A DNA stretch of 64,000 nucleotides from an uncultured Lachnospiraceae bacterium (GTDB taxonomy: Bacteria; Bacillota; Clostridia; Lachnospirales; Lachnospiraceae). Shown in pieces: positions 31,105 to 41,243 of the stretch (positions are counted from its first letter, which is position 1; each line of letters opens with the position of its first letter). A program made the translations under genes and the position numbers. A model generated the notes under the pieces. It ran no database searches. It saw only the letters and a program-made list of their open reading frames with translations, and was not told the DNA's origin. The DNA lies in NCBI GenBank assembly GCA_944380095.1, contig CALWGP010000001.1, positions 2,524 to 66,523 of the forward strand, given 5' to 3'.

Positions 31105-32079
31105 TTATCCTTCCCTCACGATCCCGTGGTCCAGCAGAAATTCCTTCCATACCTGGTAATACTTGGCTTTCAGGTGGATCTGGTCAAAGGTCCAGTCCCC
31201 GTGCAGATTGCCGTTTTCATCGCAGACCGCTTCGTTGACGTCGATATAAAAAATGTCCTTTTTATCTTCCAGCGTTGCAATTTCCACGTTCCGGATATTG
31301 ATATTGGTATTGTTAAAAATCGGATCCGATGCGTTCTTCTCTCCCGCCACCCGCATGATCCCTTCCACAAACACAATGGCTTGCGGCTGCAGCTGGCGGA
31401 TCCGGTAAACGGCCCTGGCATATTCCTCGAAAAAGGATTCCGGCGTCCCCGTTCCCATCTCATTGATCCCGACCATCAGATAAATTTTGCCGAAGCTGTG
31501 CCGTTCCAGCGCCTGGGTCAGGGTCAGGTCCTCCCCCTCTTCCCGGATAAAGGCTTTTTCCTTTGCAAACAGGTCGTATACCGTCAGGGACGTCCGGCAG
31601 TAAAAGGTGGCTCTTTCTTCAATCCCCCCGTATTCCAGAAGGCCCTGGGTCCTGGAGTCCCCGATGAAAAGGGCGTCGTCAAAATAGTCCTCCTCAACCC
31701 GGCAGAATTCATAGGTTTTCTCTTCCTCCGGGGGCTGTGTTTCTTCCGGTTCCGATTGCGGCTGTGGTTCCGATTGCGGTTCCGATTGCGATTCCGATTC
31801 CGGTTGCGGATCCGGGACCGGTTCTTTGGTCTGTTCTTCGTTCGCTGCCTGGTTTTGGGTTTCCGGCTGTACTTGCGCCATGACGCTTTGTTCCTCCCCG
31901 CTCCAGGGATAGACGCCTTCTTTTATTCCCCAAAAAACCGCCCCCAAAGGAGGGGTCATCACCGTTTTTCCCTCATATCCGGCATAAGCCTTATCCAGAT
32001 TCACGGCGCCTGTTATCTCCGCTGCAATGGCGGTAACGGACAGGATCAAAAGCAGCGGACACTTGTGCAGGAATTTCAT
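31105..32079 (-). CDS. Exported SGNH/GDSL hydrolase-fold protein with a Pro/Gln/Ser/Glu linker
   Basis: N-terminal hydrophobic segment, FIGDSR, VGINE, DQIHL blocks. Confidence 0.82.
   Translation of the reverse strand: MKFLHKCPLLLILSVTAIAAEITGAVNLDKAYAGYEGKTVMTPPLGAVFWGIKEGVYPWSGEEQSVMAQVQPETQNQAANEEQTKEPVPDPQPESESQSEPQSEPQPQSEPEETQPPEEEKTYEFCRVEEDYFDDALFIGDSRTQGLLEYGGIEERATFYCRTSLTVYDLFAKEKAFIREEGEDLTLTQALERHSFGKIYLMVGINEMGTGTPESFFEEYARAVYRIRQLQPQAIVFVEGIMRVAGEKNASDPIFNNTNINIRNVEIATLEDKKDIFYIDVNEAVCDENGNLHGDWTFDQIHLKAKYYQVWKEFLLDHGIVREG
31750..31812. repeat. Short tandem repeats (TCCGATTGCG units) encoding the PQSE linker
   Basis: Repeated TTCCGATTGCG-type units; protein PQPESESQSEPQSEPQPQSEPE. 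Confidence 0.7.
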
Positions 32080-32093
32080 ACGTCCTTCCTCCT

Positions 32094-33470
32094 TTAAAAA
32101 TTGGCATACATAAAAGGATTGTTCGCTGCGTTGGCCATCCGGTATACGGCGATCCAGAACACCGCCGCCAGCAGGAGCATCACGACCGTGTTCCTCCTAT
32201 GCTTTTCGCACCAGATTCCCACTGCCGGAATGCAAAAAAGGACGGCTGCGGCCAATGTGGGCGCAAAAATCGTCAGCTCTTTGAGGAAATCCCCCGCGTA
32301 TACGGTTTCCCCTGTCCCAAAAAAAGGAAACAGGCGGGTAAAATACAGGCCGGCCTGGGGCAGGGATTCCACGGCAAACAGGATCCATGTCAGGGGGATC
32401 ACAAGCAGGACATACAGATGGGACAGGATCCTGTGTTCTGCCAGGAACCGTCCCAGCCACAGCTTTTCTGCCACGATCAGCAGCCCCAGGCAAAGGCCCC
32501 AGACCAGGAAATGGATCCCGTTTCCGTGCCAGAATCCCGTCAGCAGCCATACCGCCAGAAGGTTTAACACGGTCCGCTTCGTCCCTTTCCGGCTTCCTCC
32601 CAGCGGGATGTATACATAATCTTTAAACCAGCTTCCCAGCGTCATATGCCATCTGCGGTAAAACTCACTGACGGACCGGGACGCATAGGGGTAGTGAAAG
32701 TTTTCGATTACCGGAAAGCCGATCATCTGCCCGATCCCCACCGCCATCAGGGAATACCCCGCGAAATCAAAATACAGCTGCAGGGAATAGGCCGCCATCC
32801 CCAGCCACGCCAGAGGTGTAGAGATGCTTTCAAATCCCACTGTCTGCACATCGTTCCACAAAATTCCCAGCCGGTCCGCTATAAGCACTTTCGCCGCCAG
32901 TCCCGCTACAAGATACTTCAGACCGTCTTCCACCCTTGTCAGCCTGTAGGTTTCGCAGGTCAGCCCCTTTAAGGCATCCTCATACCGCATGATAGGGCCG
33001 GACACAATCTGCGGGAACATGCACAGATAGGCGGCCAGACGCAAAAAAGACCTCTCCTCCGGAATTTTTTTCCGGTAAACGTCCGCCAGATAGGAAAGAC
33101 TTTTAAACGTATAAAAACTGATTCCCACCGGAAGCAGGAACGAAGCGTCAAACGCGTTGGAAAGCTTGAAATAAACCAGCAGCCCCACATTGCAGGCTAC
33201 CGCTGCGGCCATCCACCTTTTGGCTCCCTTTCCCACGGTGCGGCCGAACAGATAGTTCACCAGCGCCATCCCCAAAAGCAGGAAAACGTATTGCGGATCC
33301 CCCAGGGCATAAAATACAATGCTGCAGGAAAACAGCACAAAGAGTTTGAACCGGTCCGGCACTGCAAAAAAGAGGAGTAAAAAAAGAGGCAGGTATCGAA
33401 ACAGAAACTCCAGACTGCTAAATACCAGCGTATTTAACTCCATCAGTTTTTCCATTTCGATTCCTGCCAT
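32094..33470 (-). CDS. MBOAT-family O-acyltransferase (AlgI/PatA-like)
   Basis: VFSSLEF, LPVGISFYTF, FPQIVSGPI, YFDFAGYS, FYRRWHMTL, GFWHG; exact start uncertain. Confidence 0.9.
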   Translation of the reverse strand: MAGIEMEKLMELNTLVFSSLEFLFRYLPLFLLLFFAVPDRFKLFVLFSCSIVFYALGDPQYVFLLLGMALVNYLFGRTVGKGAKRWMAAAVACNVGLLVYFKLSNAFDASFLLPVGISFYTFKSLSYLADVYRKKIPEERSFLRLAAYLCMFPQIVSGPIMRYEDALKGLTCETYRLTRVEDGLKYLVAGLAAKVLIADRLGILWNDVQTVGFESISTPLAWLGMAAYSLQLYFDFAGYSLMAVGIGQMIGFPVIENFHYPYASRSVSEFYRRWHMTLGSWFKDYVYIPLGGSRKGTKRTVLNLLAVWLLTGFWHGNGIHFLVWGLCLGLLIVAEKLWLGRFLAEHRILSHLYVLLVIPLTWILFAVESLPQAGLYFTRLFPFFGTGETVYAGDFLKELTIFAPTLAAAVLFCIPAVGIWCEKHRRNTVVMLLLAAVFWIAVYRMANAANNPFMYANF

Positions 33471-33529
33471 TTTCTGTCCGCTCCTTTTTTACCGGTCCGC
33501 CTTTTCTGCGGTCCTGCAGCAGACAGTCC

Positions 33530-34732
33530 CTATTTTATGAGGGCATATGTCTGCCTTGCAATTGCCAGTTCCTCGTTTGTCGGAATCACCAGCACTTTCG
33601 TCGCAGACTCCGGGGTGGAAATCACCATGTCCTTCCCCCTCTTTGCATTCGCCTCTTCGTCCAGGGTAATTCCCAGATATCCCAGGTAATCCCCGCAGAT
33701 CATGGTGCGCATGATAGGGCTGTTTTCCCCTACCCCGGCCGTAAAGCAGACAGCGTCCACCCCGTTCATGGCCGCCGCATAGGCGCCCACATATTTGGCC
33801 GTCCGCAGGGCATACGCTTTCAGGGCGCGCGCCGCATTTGGATTTTTCTCCTTTTCCCAGGCATCTTCCAGATCCCTGAAGTCGGAAGAAAATCCGTCCG
33901 AAAGTCCAAGCACTCCCGATTCCTTATTCAGCATATTTGTAATTTCTTCAATGGATTTTCCTTCCTTATGGGCGATGAACTCAATCACCGCAGGATCCAC
34001 GTCCCCGCTCCTGGTGCCCATAATCAGGCCTTCAAGAGGGGTAAGTCCCATGGAAGTATCCACACATTTGCCATATTTTACGGCGGAAACGGACGCGCCG
34101 TTTCCCAGATGGCAGACAATGAGCTTCAGTTCTTCCACCGGTCTGCCCAGCACCGCAGCCGCCCGTTTGGAAACATAGTCGTGGCTGGTGCCGTGAAATC
34201 CGTATCTTCTGATCCGGTACTGTTCATAATACCGGTAGGGAATGCCGTACAGATAGGCTTCTTCCGGCATGGTCTGGTGAAAGGCCGTATCAAAGACCGC
34301 CACCATGGGGACCCCCGGCATCAGCGCTTTACAGGCCCTTATCCCGATGAGGTTGGCCGGATTGTGCAGGGGCGCCAGGTCGCTGCACGCGGCGATTTCA
34401 TTCTCCACTTCCGGCGTAATCAGCGTAGCGCCGGAAAATTTTTCCCCGCCGTGCACTATCCTGTGTCCCACTGCCCCGATCTGCGACAGATCCTTTACCA
34501 CCCCGGTTTCCGGATTGGTCAAAACGTCCAGCATGAGCCGGATCGCTTCCCTGTGATCCGCCATGGGCACCTGCTTTTTCTGCTTGGCGCCGCCGGCCGG
34601 CGTGAAGCTGATCTGGCTTGCGTCGATCCCGATTCTTTCACATAAACCTTTCGCAATCAGCTCCTCCGTATCCGCGTCGATCAGCTGGAATTTCAGAGAA
34701 GAGCTGCCGCTGTTGATAACCAGTATATTCAT
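33530..34732 (-). CDS. ackA: Acetate kinase
   Basis: LVINSGSSSLK, GHRIVHGG, FDTAFH, YGFHGTSH, PTNEEL. Confidence 0.97.
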   Translation of the reverse strand: MNILVINSGSSSLKFQLIDADTEELIAKGLCERIGIDASQISFTPAGGAKQKKQVPMADHREAIRLMLDVLTNPETGVVKDLSQIGAVGHRIVHGGEKFSGATLITPEVENEIAACSDLAPLHNPANLIGIRACKALMPGVPMVAVFDTAFHQTMPEEAYLYGIPYRYYEQYRIRRYGFHGTSHDYVSKRAAAVLGRPVEELKLIVCHLGNGASVSAVKYGKCVDTSMGLTPLEGLIMGTRSGDVDPAVIEFIAHKEGKSIEEITNMLNKESGVLGLSDGFSSDFRDLEDAWEKEKNPNAARALKAYALRTAKYVGAYAAAMNGVDAVCFTAGVGENSPIMRTMICGDYLGYLGITLDEEANAKRGKDMVISTPESATKVLVIPTNEELAIARQTYALIK

Positions 34733-34790
34733 TTTACCCCCGTCCTTTTCCTTTTTTGCCGCCTGTCCCATCCAGGCATTGGAACAGCGT

Positions 34791-35792
34791 TTACAGAAGC
34801 TGTGCCTGTACCGCTGTCAGCGCTACTACCCCGACGATATCCTCCCAGGAACATCCTCTGGAAAGATCGTTGACCGGCTTGGCGATCCCCTGCAGCATCG
34901 GTCCGTAGGCCTCTGCCTTCGCCAGCCTCTGCACCAGCTTATAGCCGATGTTGCCGCAGTCCAGGTTCGGGAAAATCAGGACGTTGGCCTTGCCCGCCAC
35001 TTCGCTGCCGGGCGCTTTGGATTTTGCCACCTGGGGGACCAAAGCCGCATCCGTCTGCAGCTCCCCGTCCAGCGTCAGGCCGGGATACTGCTCGTGGGCA
35101 ATCTCCACCGCACGCACCACCTTATCCACCAAGGGGTGCTTGGCGCTTCCTTTTGTGGAATGGGACAGCATGGCGATAATGGGCTTGGCGCCCACCAGGG
35201 TCTTAAAGCTCTTGGCGCTGGTATCGGCAATGGCTGCCAGCTCCTCCGAAGTGGGATCCTGGTTCAGGCCGCAGTCCGCAAACAGGAAGGTGCCGTTTTC
35301 CCCGTATTCGCAGTCGGGCACATCCAGGATAAAGAAGCCGGAAACCAGCTTCACGCCGGGCGCCGTCTTTAAAATCTGCAGTGCAGGCCGCAGGGTATCT
35401 GCGGTGGCGTGGCACGCCCCGGCCACCATACCGTCCGCGTCGTTGGCTTTTACCATGATCACGCCGAAGGTTAAGTTATCGCTCAACAGGATCTCCCTGG
35501 CCTTTTCCGGCGTCATCCCCTTATGTTTCCTTGTTTCGTATAAAAGCTGCACATACTCATCCAGCTTGTCGCAGGCACGGGGATCTACCACTTTGACGCC
35601 CGTCAGGTCAACTTCCAGCCATCCGGCGCCGTCCATGATCTTTTCCTCATTCCCCACCATGATGATATCCGCAATGCCTTCTTCCAGAATATGCGCCGCA
35701 GCAATCAACGTTCTCTTATCGTTGGTTTCCGGCAGAACGATCGTTTTTCTGTCTGCCCTCGCCTTTTCTTTGATGATGTCGATATAAGACAT
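34791..35792 (-). CDS. pta: Phosphate acetyltransferase
   Basis: IVLPE, DCGLN, SHSTKGSA, DGELQTDAA, GNIGYKL, NDLSRGCS. Confidence 0.96.
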   Translation of the reverse strand: MSYIDIIKEKARADRKTIVLPETNDKRTLIAAAHILEEGIADIIMVGNEEKIMDGAGWLEVDLTGVKVVDPRACDKLDEYVQLLYETRKHKGMTPEKAREILLSDNLTFGVIMVKANDADGMVAGACHATADTLRPALQILKTAPGVKLVSGFFILDVPDCEYGENGTFLFADCGLNQDPTSEELAAIADTSAKSFKTLVGAKPIIAMLSHSTKGSAKHPLVDKVVRAVEIAHEQYPGLTLDGELQTDAALVPQVAKSKAPGSEVAGKANVLIFPNLDCGNIGYKLVQRLAKAEAYGPMLQGIAKPVNDLSRGCSWEDIVGVVALTAVQAQLL

Positions 35793-35849
35793 ACCCCTTG
35801 TACTCTCCTTTCAAACCTTCTCTGTCTCTCTTGCTTTGCAGCTAAATAA

Positions 35850-35877
35850 ATTATACCATTTTCATGTGTGTATACAA
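35850..35877 (-). promoter_or_regulatory. pta-ackA promoter
   Basis: TTGTAT-16-TATAAT with extended -10 TG. Confidence 0.55.
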
Positions 35878-35994
35878 GGAGTTTTTCTTGAATTTCTTGT
35901 ACAAAATCCAGCACATCGCATTGCTTTTTCCCCGGACGGCATGCTATGATTTTCTTCACTGAAATGATTTTTGATCCGCATGGGAGGAACCGCC

Positions 35995-37266
35995 ATGAAA
36001 ATCGCAGGCGTCATCGTAGAGTATAACCCGTTTCACAACGGCCATCAGTATCATCTTGCCCGCACCCGGGAAATCACGGGCGCGGATTTCGTGGTGGCCG
36101 TCATGAGCGGGGATTTCGTCCAGCGCGGGGAACCTGCCCTGCTGGACAAGTATACCCGGGCCAGGATGGCGCTTTTGGGCGGCGCGGACCTTGTGCTGGA
36201 ACTGCCGGTGCCTTTTGCCTGCGGCAGCGCGGGGGATTTTGCTTCCGGCGCAGTGGCCCTGTTAAACCGGCTGGGCACGGTGGACGCTTTGTGCTTTGGC
36301 AGCGAATGCGGGCGTATAGAACCGCTGTGGTCTTTGGCGGGCCTTCTGGAAAAGGAATCCCCTTCTTTTTCGGGGTCCCTTCGCCAGGGGCTTAAACAGG
36401 GGCTCCCCTATCCCCAGGCCCGGGCCCGGGCCCTTGGGGCGGCTTTTGAAGAACCGGCTCTGCCCCTTCTTTCCTCCCCAAACAATATCCTGGGGCTGGA
36501 ATACTGCCTGGCCCTGCGGCGGCAAAACAGCTCCATCCGCCCGGTCACCCTTTCCAGGCGCGGCAGCGGGTACCATGCCTCCGACCTGGCCCCCGGCAGG
36601 CAGGGACAGGATTTTCCCTCGGCCCTTGCCATCCGCCGGGCCTTACGTTCGATAAAAGACAAAGACCCGGCGCTGCCGGATCCCTGTTCTTTCCTCCCCT
36701 CCTGTGTTCCCAAGGCTGTCCGCCCCCTGTGGCAGACCCTTCTGGAAGAAAGGCGGTTTCTTTTTCCCGCCGACTTTACGCCCTTTTTAAAGTACCGGCT
36801 TCTCTACGGCGCTTCCGAGGATTTTTCCTCCTTTGCGGACGTCTCCCGGGAACTTGCCGGAAAACTGGCCAAAACCGGCACGGCCTTTTTGGACTGGGAC
36901 GACCTGTGTCTGCGCCTGAAAACAAAGGAACTTACCTTTTCGCGGATCAGCCGCGCCCTCTGCCACATCCTCCTGTCCATCCGTCAGGAAGATGTGCAGA
37001 GGCTGCGCGCGACAGGCTATGTGCCCTACGCGCGTATCCTCGGACTGCGCCGAAGCAGTAGCGCACTTTTGTCCTCCATCAAAAAAAACAGCAGCATCCC
37101 CCTGATCTCCAAGCTGGCGGACGCACGCGCCCTGCTTTCTTCCGAAGATTTTTTGCTTCTGCAGACGGATATACGGGCGGCGGATCTTTACGAAAACGCC
37201 CTTGCCCTTCGCACCCGTACCGTCCCCGTAAACGAATACCAAAAGCAGTTCCCCATCCTGCCCTGA
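35995..37266 (+). CDS. tmcAL: tRNA(Met) cytidine acetate ligase (YlbM family)
   Basis: EYNPFHNGH HIGH-type motif, MSGDFVQRGEP, FGSE, PNNILG; divergent from pta. Confidence 0.85.
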   Translation: MKIAGVIVEYNPFHNGHQYHLARTREITGADFVVAVMSGDFVQRGEPALLDKYTRARMALLGGADLVLELPVPFACGSAGDFASGAVALLNRLGTVDALCFGSECGRIEPLWSLAGLLEKESPSFSGSLRQGLKQGLPYPQARARALGAAFEEPALPLLSSPNNILGLEYCLALRRQNSSIRPVTLSRRGSGYHASDLAPGRQGQDFPSALAIRRALRSIKDKDPALPDPCSFLPSCVPKAVRPLWQTLLEERRFLFPADFTPFLKYRLLYGASEDFSSFADVSRELAGKLAKTGTAFLDWDDLCLRLKTKELTFSRISRALCHILLSIRQEDVQRLRATGYVPYARILGLRRSSSALLSSIKKNSSIPLISKLADARALLSSEDFLLLQTDIRAADLYENALALRTRTVPVNEYQKQFPILP

Positions 37267-37275
37267 CCGGCGCTT

Positions 37276-38106
37276 TTAAAGAAGGGCGGGCAGCGACGCA
37301 GCCACTTCGTAAAGCCACTTTTCCTTCACTTCTTCCACCTGCCCGCAGTCGCACAGACGGGCCACTTCCGGATCCATGGGGATTTGGCCCATGGACGGGA
37401 TCCCATACCGGGCCGCCAGCTCTTTTGCCCGGCTCTTTCCGAAAATTTCATGCCGCTCATGGCAGGAAGGACATTCGTACCAGGACATATTCTCCACAAT
37501 GCCAAGCACCGGTACATTCATCATCTCCGCCATTTTCACCGCTTTCTCCACGATCATTTCCACCAGTTCCTGGGGGGAGGTAACCACAATGATGCCGTCC
37601 ACCGGCAGGGACTGGAATACGGTCAAAGGCACGTCTCCCGTCCCGGGAGGCATATCCACAAACATATAGTCCACGTTGTCCCAAAGCACATCGGTCCAGA
37701 ACTGCTTCACAACGCCGGCAATCACCGGCCCCCTCCAGATCACAGGGTCCGTATCGCAGTCCAGCATCATATTGACGGACATAATCTGCACGCCCGTTTT
37801 GGTCACAGCAGGCAGGATGGCCTCCTGGGTGGCATAGGCGTGTTCGGAAACGCCGAACATCTTCGGGATGGAGGGCCCTGTAATATCCGCGTCCAGCACA
37901 GCGGCCCGGTATCCTTCTTTCTGCATCCGTGCCGCAAGAAGGGATGTAACCAGGGATTTGCCGACGCCGCCCTTGCCGCTGATTACGCCGATTACCCGGC
38001 GCACCTTCGCCTTATCGTTCAGCTTTTCCTTTTCCAGGAACGCTTCCGTGCGCTCGCTGCATTCGCTGGAACACTCCGAACAGTTGTGAGAACAGTTTTC
38101 GCTCAT
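37276..38106 (-). CDS. Mrp/NBP35 (ApbC) Fe-S carrier ATPase
   Basis: N-terminal Cys cluster, SGKGGVGKS, WRGP, DMPPGTGD, CPSC. Confidence 0.9.
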   Translation of the reverse strand: MSENCSHNCSECSSECSERTEAFLEKEKLNDKAKVRRVIGVISGKGGVGKSLVTSLLAARMQKEGYRAAVLDADITGPSIPKMFGVSEHAYATQEAILPAVTKTGVQIMSVNMMLDCDTDPVIWRGPVIAGVVKQFWTDVLWDNVDYMFVDMPPGTGDVPLTVFQSLPVDGIIVVTSPQELVEMIVEKAVKMAEMMNVPVLGIVENMSWYECPSCHERHEIFGKSRAKELAARYGIPSMGQIPMDPEVARLCDCGQVEEVKEKWLYEVAASLPALL

Positions 38107-38133
38107 TGATCTATCTCCTTTTCTCTTTTCCCA

Positions 38134-39498
38134 TTAGTTTTTAAAGCTGTGGATGGGCGCGGGAATCCTGCCGCCCCGGTTGATAAACCCGTCGCAGCCA
38201 AAAGGGTTCACCGGCATGATCGGCGCATAGCCCAAAAGGCCGCCAAACTCCACGGTCTCCCCCACGCCCTTGCCCGCAACCGGGATCAGGCGGACTGCCG
38301 TGGTTTTCTGGTTGACCATACCGATGGCCATTTCATCGGCAATGATGCCGGAAATCGTAGTGGCCTTCGTATCCCCCGGAATGGCGATCATATCAAGTCC
38401 CACGGAGCAGACACAGGTCATTGCCTCCAGCTTTTCCAAAGTCAGGGCGCCTGCATTCACCGCGTCGATCATGCCCTGGTCCTCGCTGACCGGGATGAAC
38501 GCGCCGCTTAAGCCTCCCACATAGGAAGAAGCCATAACGCCGCCCTTTTTCACCTGGTCGTTAAGCAGGGCAAGGGCCGCCGTGGTCCCGGGCGCGCCTG
38601 CCCTCTCCAGCCCGATCTCGCACAGGATGTCCGCCACGCTGTCCCCCACCGCCGGGGTAGGCGCCAAAGACAGATCCACAATGCCAAAAGGCACCCCAAG
38701 CCGTCTGGAAGCTTCCTTGGCTACCAGCTGGCCCACGCGGGTTACTTTAAAAGCGGTCTTTTTGATGGTTTCGCAAAGTACCTCAAAATCCTTCCCCCGC
38801 ACTTTCTCCAGGGCGGTTTTGACCACGCCGGGGCCGCTGACGCCCACGTTAATGACCCGGTCCGCCTCCGTCACGCCATGGAAAGCGCCTGCCATGAAAG
38901 GATTATCGTCCGGCGCATTGCAAAATACCACCAGCTTTGCGCAGCCCAGGGAATCGGACTCCTTGGTGTATTCCGCGGTTTCAAGGATCACTTCCCCCAT
39001 CAGCTTCACCGCGTCCATATCGATCCCGCAGCGGGTGGAACCCACGTTGACGGAGCTGCAGACCCGTTCCGTCCTGGAAAGCGCCAGCGGGATGGAACGA
39101 ATCAGCAGTTCGTCTGCCGGGGTCATGCCCTTGCTGACCACGGCGGAATACCCGCCGATGAAATTGACGCCCACTTTTTGCGCAGCCCGGTCCAGAACGC
39201 ACGCCAGACGGGCAAAATCTTCTGTCGTCCTGCAGCACGCCCCGCCTACCAGGGCAATGGGCGTCACGGAAATCCGTTTGTTGACAATTGGTACTCCGAA
39301 CTCCTGCGCAATCTCATCCCCTGTGCGGACCAGGTCTTTCGCGGATTCGGTTATTTTTGTGTAAATTTTTTCCTCACAGGCGGCCAGGTCCGCGTCAATG
39401 CAGTCCAGCAGGCTGATCCCCATGGTGATGGTGCGCACGTCCAGATTTTCCCGTTCCACCATCTGGTTGGTTTCGTTGACTTCGTATCTGTTGATCAT
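38134..39498 (-). CDS. DUF711 / UPF0210 (PFL-like) protein
   Basis: [51 protein letters not shown]. Confidence 0.88.
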   Translation of the reverse strand: MINRYEVNETNQMVERENLDVRTITMGISLLDCIDADLAACEEKIYTKITESAKDLVRTGDEIAQEFGVPIVNKRISVTPIALVGGACCRTTEDFARLACVLDRAAQKVGVNFIGGYSAVVSKGMTPADELLIRSIPLALSRTERVCSSVNVGSTRCGIDMDAVKLMGEVILETAEYTKESDSLGCAKLVVFCNAPDDNPFMAGAFHGVTEADRVINVGVSGPGVVKTALEKVRGKDFEVLCETIKKTAFKVTRVGQLVAKEASRRLGVPFGIVDLSLAPTPAVGDSVADILCEIGLERAGAPGTTAALALLNDQVKKGGVMASSYVGGLSGAFIPVSEDQGMIDAVNAGALTLEKLEAMTCVCSVGLDMIAIPGDTKATTISGIIADEMAIGMVNQKTTAVRLIPVAGKGVGETVEFGGLLGYAPIMPVNPFGCDGFINRGGRIPAPIHSFKN

Positions 39499-39508
39499 GG
39501 CGCCTCCT

Positions 39509-39781
39509 TCAGATTCTGTGCATCTGCGCGAAAATCTCTTCACGCTGGCATTTAATTACCACGCCGATCTGTTCGCCAAGCTTTGTAAGCTCCTCGGAAA
39601 TGGTGCCGAAAGGCTTTTCGGTATGGTTCATATCCACAATCATCATCATATTGAAGTATTCCTGGACAATGGTCTGGGAAATATCCAGGATATTGATCTG
39701 GTTTTCCGCCAGATAGGTGCATACCCTGGCAATGATGCCTACCGTATCGTGTCCCACTACCGTGATAATCGTTCTTTTCAT
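39509..39781 (-). CDS. ACT-domain protein (UPF0237)
   Basis: [28 protein letters not shown]; paired with DUF711. Confidence 0.88.
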   Translation of the reverse strand: MKRTIITVVGHDTVGIIARVCTYLAENQINILDISQTIVQEYFNMMMIVDMNHTEKPFGTISEELTKLGEQIGVVIKCQREEIFAQMHRI

Positions 39782-39834
39782 CTCTTCCTCCCTGATTCAA
39801 AAGCTGTCTGACAGCCCGTTTCTCCGAAATTTTA

Positions 39835-40632
39835 CTAAAATGAGATCATCTCCGAAAGATTGTTGCGGGGTGCAACCCGGATCGGGAAATCCCCTGCCTG
39901 GTAGGGATTGTCCCCCATGGCAATTTCCAGCCGCACCGTCTCATAGGCCAGTTCCGGCAGGTTGTTTTCCTGGCTTAAATGCCCCAAAAAAACCGCTTTC
40001 AGGTCGTCGTGCAAAACCCGGGACAACAGCCGCCCCGAATTTTCATTGGACAGATGGCCGCGGTTTCCCAAAATCCGCTGTTTCAGGTAATAGGGATAAC
40101 TCCCCACCTGCAGCATGTTCACATCGTGATTGGCCTCCAAAAAAAGCACGTCCATCCCCTTTAGGCATTCCACCGTATAGTCGTTGTAAGTTCCCAGATC
40201 CGTACAGACCGCCGCCCGCTTTGTCCCGTAGGAAAGGCGGTAGGCCACGGGCTGGGCCGCATCGTGTGAAATCTGCATGGGATTGACCGTCAGATCTTTG
40301 ATGGTAAAGGATTCGTCCGCCCAAACCTCACAGAAAAGCTCCTCCGGAATCTTGCCGATGCTGCTACAGGACCGGATGGCCCCTATTGTTCCGGGGGTGG
40401 CGTAAACCGGGATGTGATAACGCCGGCACAAAACCCCCAGGCCGCTGATGTGGTCGCTGTGTTCATGGGTTACTAAGATTCCGTCGATATCGTGTCCGGT
40501 CAGCCCGATGGAATGAAGGCCTGCCTCCACCCTCTTGCCGCTGATCCCGGCATCCACCAGCACATGGGTGGACTCTGTTCCCGCATAGATGCAGTTCCCG
40601 CTGCTCCCGCTGGCTATGCTGCACAATCTCAT
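39835..40632 (-). CDS. MBL-fold metallo-hydrolase (YycJ/WalJ-like)
   Basis: SGSSGN, THEHSDH, SHDA, EANHD, GHLSN, HLSQENN. Confidence 0.88.
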   Translation of the reverse strand: MRLCSIASGSSGNCIYAGTESTHVLVDAGISGKRVEAGLHSIGLTGHDIDGILVTHEHSDHISGLGVLCRRYHIPVYATPGTIGAIRSCSSIGKIPEELFCEVWADESFTIKDLTVNPMQISHDAAQPVAYRLSYGTKRAAVCTDLGTYNDYTVECLKGMDVLFLEANHDVNMLQVGSYPYYLKQRILGNRGHLSNENSGRLLSRVLHDDLKAVFLGHLSQENNLPELAYETVRLEIAMGDNPYQAGDFPIRVAPRNNLSEMISF

Positions 40633-41243
40633 GTTTTCAAACCCGCTTTCTTCAGTATCTCGTCTATCTGCCTGTAAGTATCCGCCAAACTCCCGCTGTT
40701 GTCAATGACCTCTTTGCAGTGGGCCAAAAAGGCTGTTTCCGTCAGCTGGCTTGCGAAAATCCGATCCACTTTCTCGTCCGAATAGCCTCTGGACGATTTC
40801 AGCCTTTCCCTTCGCACTTCGGGCTTCGCATGGATATACCACAGCTCATCCAGAATCCTGTCGTATCCTTCTTCGATCAAAAGAGCCGCCTCCAGGAAAA
40901 AAGCGTCCCGCTTTCCTGCCCGTTTCTCTTTTTCAATCTCCTCCAGGATATACTCCTTTACCGCCGGATGGATGATTTCATCCGTTTGCTTTAAAAGGCG
41001 GGGCGACGAAAAAATCACCGCCGCCATCTTTTGTCTGTCGATCCTGCCGTCTTCCTGCAAAATCCCTTCCCCCAGCGCATCCACCAGCTTGTGGTAGCAG
41101 GGCTGCCCCGGTTCCTTGACCAGATGGGCTGCCTCGTCCGCCAGCAGGATCCTGCAGTTGCAGTTTTCCTTCAGATAATCCAGGATCAGGGATTTCCCGG
41201 CCCCGATCCCTCCCGTAATCCCAATCAGCTTCATTTTGCTCAT
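40629..41243 (-). CDS. coaE: Dephospho-CoA kinase
   Basis: GITGGIGAGKS, IIHPAV, EAALLIE; ATGA coupling to polA. Confidence 0.93.
   Translation of the reverse strand: MSKMKLIGITGGIGAGKSLILDYLKENCNCRILLADEAAHLVKEPGQPCYHKLVDALGEGILQEDGRIDRQKMAAVIFSSPRLLKQTDEIIHPAVKEYILEEIEKEKRAGKRDAFFLEAALLIEEGYDRILDELWYIHAKPEVRRERLKSSRGYSDEKVDRIFASQLTETAFLAHCKEVIDNSGSLADTYRQIDEILKKAGLKT

Noticed and set aside
31750-31812. Short regular repeats that might suggest a CRISPR array
   Set aside because: Units are 10-12 bp with no unique spacers, lie in frame in a protein linker, and no cas genes are present.
35792-37266. tmcAL divergent from pta-ackA as a novel acetate link
   Set aside because: TmcAL acetate dependence and this neighbourhood are already known in Firmicutes.
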